Origin: Thermodesulfobacteriota bacterium
GTDB lineage: Bacteria > Desulfobacterota > WTBG01 > JAGOGO01
NCBI GenBank assembly: GCA_026625185.1
Contig: CP113000.1
Coordinates: forward strand, 2,115,622-2,147,621
DNA length: 32,000 nt
Direction: 5' to 3'
Shown here: in pieces, positions 23,357-30,644 of the stretch
How the letters are laid out: the number at the start of each line of letters is the position of its first letter
How positions within the stretch are numbered: the stretch's first letter is position 1
The notes under the pieces: model-generated
What the model saw: the letters and a program-made list of their open reading frames with translations, nothing else
The model's database searches: none
What the model was told of the DNA's origin: nothing
Program-made: the position numbers and the translations under genes

Positions 23357-24649
23357 ATGAAGCAATTAAAAGGGCCAAAGTTTAAAAATGAACATGGGCT
23401 GACCGCGCTTTTTGTTACGCTTCTTCTTCCCTTTATTTTTGCTTTTGTCGGTTTTGCGATTGATCTTGGGCACCTTTATGTTGTCGGCAATGAGCTTCAT
23501 AAAGCGGCTGATGCCGGAGCTCTTGCCGGCGCCCGGTTCTTACTGAATGCGGACGGCACCGCTGTCAATACAGGTTGTAATCAGATTGCCTATAACGCAG
23601 CGGTTGCGAATATGAGTGAAAAACTTCCCGTCGAGGTGTGGAATGGGGATGTGCAGAGAGGTCACTGGAGTTTTGCCACTCGAACCTTTACCCCGAATGA
23701 TTCCACGGTGATGGTGGATATCTGGGGTAAATCTTTTGAGGAATTGGACGCTGATACTGCTTTTATTAATGCGGTGCGGGTGGAAACTAGGAGAGAAACG
23801 AACCAGGCGCTTTCTTTTTTCGTACGGGTGTTTAACCCTGATTTTCATGGGTTTACGGTTCGGAAATCAGCAGTTGCCTACCTTGGATTCGCGGGCACGT
23901 TAAATCCAAATGAGGTTGATCAGCCAATTGCAATTTGCAAACAGAGCATAACTGATGCAGAGGGGAATTACAACTGTAATATCGGGCGAATGCTGAACAG
24001 CGGTTCGAATACTGCCAGCCATAATACTGCTGGCTGGACCAATTTTTTTCAGCCTTGCCAAACCGCCAGTACATCAACCTTGAGGCCGATACTCCAAAAC
24101 TGTAACGATGGAAATCAGTATAAGATTACGCTGGGAGAAGAAATAGGCACGACCGGAGGTGTGGAAGATAATGTCATTAATAGTCCCACCCAGCCGAATA
24201 TAATGAATTGTTGGAAGAACGGGCTTTATGACTCCAATGGTGATGGTGTAAAGGAATCCCCTATCGACACTGACGGAGACGGCTGGCCTGACCAGCCGTG
24301 GAACATTACCCTGCCGGTAATAGACTGCCCAGGTAATAACGTCTCGCCCTGCTCCGAAGTTCGTGGGGCGGTCAATTTGAATATCATTTGGATACTGGAA
24401 AAAGATAATAAAATTGATGACGACGCACCTCGCAAGATGAGCGCATGGTCAAATAATGCCCCGAGCGGCCAGGTGCGGTGGGATAGTTTTGTCGCCAATT
24501 TCAATTTAAAAAATGTTGATGGGGCGCCAGCTCCTTTTGCTAAAAAATCTATTTATTTTTTACCAGACTGCACTCTCCATGAGCCGGAGGGGGGTACTGG
24601 CGGGGATAATTTTGGCATCCGGGCCAAGATTCCTGTGCTGGTGGAATAA
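23357..24649 (+). CDS. tadG: TadG-like pilus assembly protein
   Basis: GLTALFVTLLLPFIFAFVGFAIDLGHLYVVGNELHKAADAGALAGA is the TadG N-terminal pattern. I prefer ATG 23357 (AGGAG at 23341-23345) over the track start 23270, which overlaps tadE. Confidence 0.75.
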   Translation: MKQLKGPKFKNEHGLTALFVTLLLPFIFAFVGFAIDLGHLYVVGNELHKAADAGALAGARFLLNADGTAVNTGCNQIAYNAAVANMSEKLPVEVWNGDVQRGHWSFATRTFTPNDSTVMVDIWGKSFEELDADTAFINAVRVETRRETNQALSFFVRVFNPDFHGFTVRKSAVAYLGFAGTLNPNEVDQPIAICKQSITDAEGNYNCNIGRMLNSGSNTASHNTAGWTNFFQPCQTASTSTLRPILQNCNDGNQYKITLGEEIGTTGGVEDNVINSPTQPNIMNCWKNGLYDSNGDGVKESPIDTDGDGWPDQPWNITLPVIDCPGNNVSPCSEVRGAVNLNIIWILEKDNKIDDDAPRKMSAWSNNAPSGQVRWDSFVANFNLKNVDGAPAPFAKKSIYFLPDCTLHEPEGGTGGDNFGIRAKIPVLVE

Positions 24650-24656
24650 TAGGAAG

Positions 24657-24796
24657 GAGCGAGGCACGAGGAACGAGGAAATAAAGCGTAAAGTGTAACT
24701 TGTGAAAAGTGAAACGTAATTTGTAAACAGTGAAAAGCAAAAAGTGAAATGTAAGGTGTTACAATTTACTTTTTACGTCTTACTTTTAACGTGGGA
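24657..24796 (+). repeat. tandem heptamer array, 20 units, switching from GTRAA-type to TTACN-type at a dyad centre
   Basis: gagcgag gcacgag gaacgag gaaataa agcgtaa agtgtaa cttgtga aaagtga aacgtaa tttgtaa acagtga aaagcaa aaagtga aatgtaa ggtgtta caattta cttttta cgtctta cttttaa cgtggga. Confidence 0.85.
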
Positions 24797-24833
24797 GGAG
24801 TTAGTTGAAAGTTAAAAGGGAGAAGAAAAAATT

Positions 24834-24875
24834 AACTCCCCCTTGCTCCCTCTTTGGTAAAGAGGGGAGATTGGA
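24834..24875. repeat. AACTCCCCC-hairpin repeat unit
   Basis: aactcccccttgctccctctttggtaaagaggggagattgg is related to 6344-6390 and 26184-26220. Confidence 0.6.
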
Positions 24876-24913
24876 ATGAACCCACTGGCTCTTACAACCG
24901 ATACCGGACATCG

Positions 24914-24962
24914 ATGAACCAGCAACGGTAAACGGATAACGGTAAACAATGAACGGACAATA
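24914..24962 (+). repeat. tandem heptamer array (GTAAACG-type, 7 units) abutting the tadZ start
   Basis: atgaacc agcaacg gtaaacg gataacg gtaaaca atgaacg gacaata, followed by aggacATG (ATG 24968). Confidence 0.8.
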
Positions 24963-24967
24963 AGGAC

Positions 24968-26119
24968 ATGCTTGATATCAAAAAACGAGTTAAAATAGAT
25001 ACCAAAGACCAAAGTCTCAAGAGAAAGTTTGAATATATTGTCAACTCAACCGGTGGATTTGAGATTCAGCCGGATGATGACAAAAAACCGGCCGATCTTT
25101 TAATCTTTGAGCTGGGCACGGATACTGACCATGACTTCCATGTGCTTCAAGCATCGCTTCAATCCGGCACGGTCAATGATGTTTTTCTTACCTCCGAAAA
25201 ATCCGACCAGGATTTGCTGCTTCAGTCAATACGGATCGGCGCCAAGGAATTTTTCCCCCAGCCGATAAAAGACGATGAGGTAAAACAGGCCTTGAAAAAA
25301 TTCCGCGAAGGAGCGGAATCCGGCAAACGGTTAAAATTAGGAAGGCTTATAAATGTGATGGGCAGCAAAGGCGGGGTGGGCACTACCACCATTGCCGTCA
25401 ATTTAGCCGTCAGCCTGGCGGGAATAACCGGTGATAATTCAGTGGCCTTAGTGGATATGAATATTGCGACCGGAGAAATTCCGCTCTTTCTTGATATTAA
25501 GCCCGGTTACCACTGGGGTGAAATTTCCAAGAACATCACCCGCCTGGACTCCACCTTTATTATGAATGTCCTCAGCAAGCACAGTTCGGGAATATATTTG
25601 TTTTCCTCCCCGGGCACTCCCGGGCATGAGGCTGTTTCGCCGGAGGCGGTAGAGCGCCTTCTCAATATTATGCGGCGGATGTTTGATTTTGTGGTGGTTG
25701 ACTGCGGTCAACGCCTTGACAAAAATTCCCAGAAAATCCATCAAATTTCCGACACGGTTTTATTAACTGCTATTTTAACCGTGCCCTGCATTGCCAACGC
25801 AAAAAAGATTTTCAAGATATATGATTTCTGGGGTTATCCTTCGAAAGGAAAAGTAAAAGTTGTGGTAAACCGGTATGTGAAAAATTCCCAGTTGACGCTG
25901 CGGGACGCGGAAGAAACCTTCGGCCAAAGCATACTGTGGAGTTTTCCGAATGACTTTCAAACCACACTCGCCGCGATAAACCAGGGCAAACCATTAACCG
26001 TAATCGCTCCTAAAGAGGAAATAACTCAGAGTTTCAAAAAGTTTGCCGCCACCTTTATTGACCGGGACCAAAGAACGACAAAGGAAGAAAGGTCGTTGTT
26101 TAAGCGATGGTTTTCGTGA
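24968..26119 (+). CDS. cpaE: TadZ/CpaE-like pilus localisation ATPase (receiver-like N-domain + MinD/ParA fold)
   Basis: Deviant Walker A GSKGGVGTTTIAVNLA. 383 aa. Positioned upstream of cpaF. Confidence 0.85.
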   Translation: MLDIKKRVKIDTKDQSLKRKFEYIVNSTGGFEIQPDDDKKPADLLIFELGTDTDHDFHVLQASLQSGTVNDVFLTSEKSDQDLLLQSIRIGAKEFFPQPIKDDEVKQALKKFREGAESGKRLKLGRLINVMGSKGGVGTTTIAVNLAVSLAGITGDNSVALVDMNIATGEIPLFLDIKPGYHWGEISKNITRLDSTFIMNVLSKHSSGIYLFSSPGTPGHEAVSPEAVERLLNIMRRMFDFVVVDCGQRLDKNSQKIHQISDTVLLTAILTVPCIANAKKIFKIYDFWGYPSKGKVKVVVNRYVKNSQLTLRDAEETFGQSILWSFPNDFQTTLAAINQGKPLTVIAPKEEITQSFKKFAATFIDRDQRTTKEERSLFKRWFS

Positions 26120-26183
26120 ACACCTTTTCTCCCCTTTTGTAAAGGGAAGTTAGAGGGGTTAGTAAAAGCGAAAAAATAAAATG

Positions 26184-26220
26184 AACTCCCCCTTACACCC
26201 TCTTTAGAAAAGAGGGTGTA
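26184..26220. repeat. AACTCCCCC-hairpin repeat unit
   Basis: tacaccctcttt (26194-26205) / aaagagggtgta (26209-26220) form a 12-bp perfect stem, preceded by aactccccc. Confidence 0.7.
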
Positions 26221-26463
26221 CAGGAAGGAAAAGGGAGTATCAAAAGAAGGTTAATTAACTTGTAAAAGAGACGGCAAAGTAAAAAGTTTTAGATGCAAGG
26301 CGCGCAAATCCGACGGAATGAGGCGTACTTACCTGTACGTCGCAATGACTGAGGATGCAGCGCAACGCCGCAGGTGGGCTTTTTACGAAGCGGTCATCAC
26401 ATAAAAGGAGATGATAAGACAGTGGAAAGACAGTTAACAGACCGGCAGGAAAAACAGAGAAAA

Positions 26464-27759
26464 ATGAGCACGCTTCCGGAAGAATATTTTGAGTTAAAGA
26501 CCAGGATTCACGACCGCCTATTAGACATTATGGATATTTCTCTTTTGGAAAGCTCTCAACGGGATTTTGTCGTTGTTCAGATTAAATCCCTGGTAGAAAG
26601 AATTTTGAAGGAGGAGAATAGCAGCGTCCCTCTTAATTCGGTTGAACGGGAGCTTCTGATTTCTGAAATTCAAAACGAAGTGCTGGGACTGGGGCCGCTG
26701 GAGCCGTTTCTTCAGGACCCGACCATTTCCGATATCCTGGTAAATACCTTTGAGCAGATTTATGTGGAGCGGTTCGGAAAGCTGGAACCTACCGAAGCCC
26801 GGTTTAAAGACGACGCGCACCTGAGAAGAATAATTGACCGGATCGTATCGGCAGTGGGCAGGCGGGTTGATGAGTTTTCGCCCATGGTTGATGCCCGGCT
26901 GGCGGATGGTTCGCGGGTGAATGCTATTATACCACCGCTGGCTATTGACGGCCCGATACTGTCAATCAGACGTTTCGCGGTGGACCCCCTCGAGCTGGAA
27001 GACCTCATCTCTTTTAAAACCTTAACTCCGGAAATCGGCGAAGTGCTGCGCGGGATAATTCGCTCTCGCTTAAACGTGATCATTTCCGGCGGTACCGGAA
27101 GCGGGAAAACCACTTTGTTAAATGTTGTCTCCCGCTTTATTCCGGAAAATGAGCGGATCGTCACGATTGAAGACTCGGCCGAATTGCAGCTTAAACAGGA
27201 GCATGTGGTGCGTCTGGAAACCAGACCCCCGAATATTGAAGGCAAAGGCGAGATTAACCAGAGAGATCTGGTCCGCAACAGCCTCAGGATGAGGCCGGAC
27301 CGGATTATTGTGGGTGAGGTGCGCGGCCAGGAAGCTTTTGACATGTTTCAGGCGATGAATACCGGTCATGAAGGCTCTCTAACCACCGTTCACGCCAACT
27401 CACCGCGTGACGCTCTGATGCGGCTTGAAACCATGGTTTCCATGGCCAACCTGGATATTCCCAGCGACTTTATGAGAAGGTTTATCGCTTCAGCAATCAA
27501 CATTCTGATCCATCTGTCCCGTCTGGCGGACGGCACCCGAAAACTCGTCAGCCTCCAGGAAATTACCGGTATGGAGGGTAATGTGATTACCATGCAGGAG
27601 ATTTTCTCTTTTAAGCAAACCGCGATCGACCAGCAAGGTAACATCAGGGGTAGATATATTTTTCATGGGGTGCAGCCGCGGTTTATACAGAAATTTAACA
27701 CCGCCGGGATAAAAATCGCGCCCGGATTATTCGATGCGGTAAATGCGAGTGTGGTTTAA
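26464..27759 (+). CDS. cpaF: TadA/CpaF secretion ATPase (T2SS/T4P E family)
   Basis: Walker [15 protein letters not shown], Walker B/Asp box [10 protein letters not shown], His box [15 protein letters not shown]. The start is uncertain: ATG 26464, GTG 26422 (AAGGAG upstream) or the track GTG 26374. Confidence 0.9.
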   Translation: MSTLPEEYFELKTRIHDRLLDIMDISLLESSQRDFVVVQIKSLVERILKEENSSVPLNSVERELLISEIQNEVLGLGPLEPFLQDPTISDILVNTFEQIYVERFGKLEPTEARFKDDAHLRRIIDRIVSAVGRRVDEFSPMVDARLADGSRVNAIIPPLAIDGPILSIRRFAVDPLELEDLISFKTLTPEIGEVLRGIIRSRLNVIISGGTGSGKTTLLNVVSRFIPENERIVTIEDSAELQLKQEHVVRLETRPPNIEGKGEINQRDLVRNSLRMRPDRIIVGEVRGQEAFDMFQAMNTGHEGSLTTVHANSPRDALMRLETMVSMANLDIPSDFMRRFIASAINILIHLSRLADGTRKLVSLQEITGMEGNVITMQEIFSFKQTAIDQQGNIRGRYIFHGVQPRFIQKFNTAGIKIAPGLFDAVNASVV

Positions 27760-27985
27760 CTTTAACTTGATAAAATTCCCTGTAGCTTGCTTGCTAAAGG
27801 GTTTCATTGTATCTTTCTCTGGCTTGACCAGAGAATCCAGTTTCTTTGTTTCTGGATTCCCCGATCAAGCATGCCCTCGAAAGTAGTAATCGGGGGTCGG
27901 GGAATGACGATGTGCTTTGTATAATTTTTGGTATACCCCGCTGCTTGCGGCGGGATAGTTCATTTCACCAATATCATAGGTTCGT

Positions 27986-28954
27986 ATGAACATTATTTTT
28001 ATTACGATAATTATTTTTATTATCGCTCTTTTAATTACAGAGTTGATGTTTTACGCTTACCGTGCCATACGGTATCCGCATCGCGCCCGGATTCGGGAAC
28101 GATTCAAAGCGCTCAAGGAAGAGGAAACGGTAGGGGTGACTCGGGATTTGCTTCGGAAAAGAGTGCTCAGCGAAGTGCCTTTCCTAAATTTCATGCTCCA
28201 GCGGTTGACGATAACCGCCAGGTTAGACCTGCTGGTAAAGCAGGCAAACGTGAAATTACCGCTCGGATTTTTCGTGCTGCTCACCTTGGTGCTGGGTTTG
28301 ACCGCCTATGTCATAAGCTCTCACCTTAACATTTTTTTCCCCTTGTCCGTGATTATTGGCATTCTTTTCGGTTTTTTGCCGTATGCTTACCTTCGGCTGA
28401 AAAAAAAGAGGCGGATGGAAAAATTTGAAAAACAAATTCCGGACGGTCTGGATTTGATCGGCCGGGCCTTGCGGGCGGGGCACGCTTTTACGGGGGGGAT
28501 GAAACTGGCAGCGGATGAGATGGGCGACCCTTTCGGCACTGAATTCCAGGAGACTATTGATGAAATTAACTTTGGGATCAACGTGTCCGACGCCTTAGGC
28601 AACCTGGTTAAACGCGTTGACTGCCCGGACTTGAAATTTTTTGTGATTGCCGCGAATATCCAGCGGGAGACCGGGGGAAACTTAGCGGAGATTATGGAAA
28701 ATATCTCAAGCATTATCCGGGAGCGCTTCAAATTACTGGGTAAAATCAGAATCCTGTCGACGGAAGCGCGACTTTCGGCAGTGATCATGTCCATTCTTCC
28801 TTTTGCGGTTATGTTTGTCCTGTCTTTTATTAATCCGGAATATCTCCATACCCTGTTTTCCGATCCGGTCGGGAAAATAGTCGCTATGGTAGCTGGAGTT
28901 ATGATGGTGATAGGAATTTTTATTATCAATAGGATGGCAAAAATCAAAGTGTAA
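27986..28954 (+). CDS. tadB: TadB (T2SS F-family inner membrane platform protein)
   Basis: 322 aa and polytopic. LDLIGRALRAGHAFTGGMKLAADEM is typical of the T2SSF domain. It follows cpaF. Confidence 0.85.
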   Translation: MNIIFITIIIFIIALLITELMFYAYRAIRYPHRARIRERFKALKEEETVGVTRDLLRKRVLSEVPFLNFMLQRLTITARLDLLVKQANVKLPLGFFVLLTLVLGLTAYVISSHLNIFFPLSVIIGILFGFLPYAYLRLKKKRRMEKFEKQIPDGLDLIGRALRAGHAFTGGMKLAADEMGDPFGTEFQETIDEINFGINVSDALGNLVKRVDCPDLKFFVIAANIQRETGGNLAEIMENISSIIRERFKLLGKIRILSTEARLSAVIMSILPFAVMFVLSFINPEYLHTLFSDPVGKIVAMVAGVMMVIGIFIINRMAKIKV

Positions 28955-28968
28955 TCTTGATAGATTTT

Positions 28969-29013
28969 CCTCTCCCCGGCGGGGAGAGGATTAGGGTGAG
29001 GGGTAAATAAAAT
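28969..29013 (+). repeat. solo copy of the DUF559-associated terminal repeat
   Basis: cctctccccggcggggagaggattagggtgaggggtaaataaaat is near-identical in layout to 22180-22224. Confidence 0.75.
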
Positions 29014-29062
29014 GGGGGCGAGGTGAACCACCTTAAAGTTTAATTTTTATAGAAGGAAACCG

Positions 29063-29998
29063 ATGAACGTTACCCTTTTATTTTTTTTAACATTTTTTCT
29101 GGTTTTGTTTCTTTTGTGTTTGGGCGTCTACCGGCTGGTTCGCGAATACCAATACAAAACTACGCTAAAAGAAAAAATAGCTGCCGGCAGCGAAGGCTGG
29201 GATTCTACGGAAGAGAAGTTATCTCCGGTAAAAAATAAATTTCTTAATTTTTTAAGCGCCCTGGGAAAAAGGGCGGCTCCTGAAGACTCCTCGGAATACG
29301 AGAAAATGAGGATTGACTTTTTAAGGGCCGGCATCCGAAAGACTAATGCTCTCGCATTATTCTGGGGAGTAAGAATTTTATTGGCCGTTTGTCTGCCGCT
29401 GGCTTTTTTTCTCCTCCGGGTCACGGTCTTTAAAATACTGGATCCTGCCCGGGTACTAGCATTGTGCATTTTTCTGGCGATCGTGGGTTTGTATCTGCCT
29501 GTTTTTTGGCTGAGCATAAAAATTTCCAAAAGGAAAAACAAGATATTCGAGGGTCTCCCCGATGCCTTGGACCTTTTAGTCATCTGCGTGGAAGCTGGTA
29601 TGGGGCTGGATTCGGCCATATACCGGGTGTCGGAAGAGATAATGTTAAGCAATCAGCCCCTGGCTGATGAGCTTAAATTGTATAATCTGGAAATGAGAGC
29701 GGGAAAATCCAGAAGAGAGGCCCTGAAAAATTTTGCCCTGCGGGTTAATCTGGAAGAGATTCAAAGCCTGGTAACCTTACTCATCCAGGCGGACAAATTC
29801 GGAACCAGCATCGCTCAGTCATTAAGGGTTTATTCGGACTCTTTCCGGACCAAACGATTTCAGAGGGCGGAAGAAATCGCCGCCAAGCTGCCGGTAAAAT
29901 TAATATTTCCATTAATGTTTTTTATTATGCCCGCCCTGTTTGTTGTGCTCGTGGGGCCGGCAATGATCAGTCTTTATAAGGCCTTTGTTCATCAATAG
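29063..29998 (+). CDS. tadC: TadC (T2SS F-family inner membrane platform protein)
   Basis: 311 aa. LDLLVICVEAGMGLDSAIYRVSEE is a T2SSF domain pattern. Paralogous in layout to tadB. Confidence 0.85.
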   Translation: MNVTLLFFLTFFLVLFLLCLGVYRLVREYQYKTTLKEKIAAGSEGWDSTEEKLSPVKNKFLNFLSALGKRAAPEDSSEYEKMRIDFLRAGIRKTNALALFWGVRILLAVCLPLAFFLLRVTVFKILDPARVLALCIFLAIVGLYLPVFWLSIKISKRKNKIFEGLPDALDLLVICVEAGMGLDSAIYRVSEEIMLSNQPLADELKLYNLEMRAGKSRREALKNFALRVNLEEIQSLVTLLIQADKFGTSIAQSLRVYSDSFRTKRFQRAEEIAAKLPVKLIFPLMFFIMPALFVVLVGPAMISLYKAFVHQ

Positions 29999-30019
29999 CG
30001 GAAGGAGAACTTTCCTTTA

Positions 30020-30153
30020 TTCTCTCCCCCGAAGGGGTGACAAGAAAAAAATTACCTCTCCACTGGCGGGGAGAAAGAAAACATTTTCCTCTCCCCAAGT
30101 GAAGAGAAAAAATACTCCCCTCTCACTAAGGGGAGAGGCCAAGGGTGAGGGGT
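30020..30153 (+). repeat. cluster of three to four degenerate cctctcccc/ggggagagg hairpin units, ending in the left terminal repeat of the DUF559 element
   Basis: ttctctcccccgaaggggtga, cctctccactggcggggagaaag, cctctccccaagtgaagag, ctcccctctcactaaggggagaggccaagggtgaggggta. Confidence 0.65.
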
Positions 30154-30549
30154 ATGAAACGCAGGAATATCGACCGATGCAGAAATTTGCGGAAGCAACA
30201 GACGGAAGCGGAAAAGAAGCTTTGGTCAATAGTTCGGAATCGTCAAATTGGTGGAATAAAATTCAGACGCCAGTTTTCGATAGGGAGGTATATAGTAGAT
30301 TTTTATTGTCCTGCATATCTGGTTGGTATTGAGGCGGATGGGGATCAACATTGTGAAGATAAGGTTAGTAAAAGCGATGAAATCAGGACAAAATAATTAA
30401 AAGAACGTGGTTTTGAAATAATAAGATTTAATGATCGCGAACTATTGAACAACATTGAAGGAGTGTGTGAAGTTATTAGGAAGGTTTTAGAAAGAAGAAG
30501 AGATAAAGCACCTCACCTCAATCCTCTCCCCTCTGGGGAGAGGAGGTAA
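30154..30549 (+). pseudogene. DUF559 (Vsr-like PD-(D/E)xK endonuclease) gene interrupted by an in-frame TAA at 30394-30396
   Basis: N-part: LRKQQTEAEKKLWSIVRNRQIGGIKFRRQFSIGRYIVDFYCPAYLVGIEADGDQH...DEIRTK, then stop. The same frame continues LKERGFEIIRFNDRELLNNIEGVCEVIRKVLE, the normal DUF559 C-terminus, and ends at 30547-30549. Confidence 0.75.
30509..30546 (-). repeat. right terminal inverted repeat of the DUF559 element
   Basis: The reverse complement tacctcctctccccagaggggagaggattgaggtgaggtg mirrors the unit at 30115-30154. Confidence 0.7.
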
Positions 30550-30644
30550 TATGAGAAAATAAAGGAGAGGGGGTAATACATGAAAAGTTCTCCCCAGAGG
30601 GGCGAGGAAATAAGAAAAGAAACATTTAACATCAGAAAAAACTT

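Noticed and set aside
8067-24962. Whether the tandem arrays could be CRISPR arrays
   Set aside because: The period is 7-8 nt with no unique spacers. No 25-40 nt repeats separated by spacers occur anywhere in the window, and there are no cas genes.
26760-29031. Minus-strand ORFs of 194 aa (26760-27344), 214 aa (28387-29031) and 174 aa (29128-29652) inside the tad operon
   Set aside because: They are antisense to cpaF, tadB and tadC, which carry unambiguous Walker/T2SSF motifs. The composition is typical of shadow frames.
29985-30332. 115-aa plus-strand ORF spanning the repeat cluster and the start of the DUF559 gene
   Set aside because: It is mostly a translation of the cctctcccc/ggggagagg repeat units (…SLPRRGDKKKITSPLAGRKK…) and is out of frame with the recognisable DUF559 sequence.
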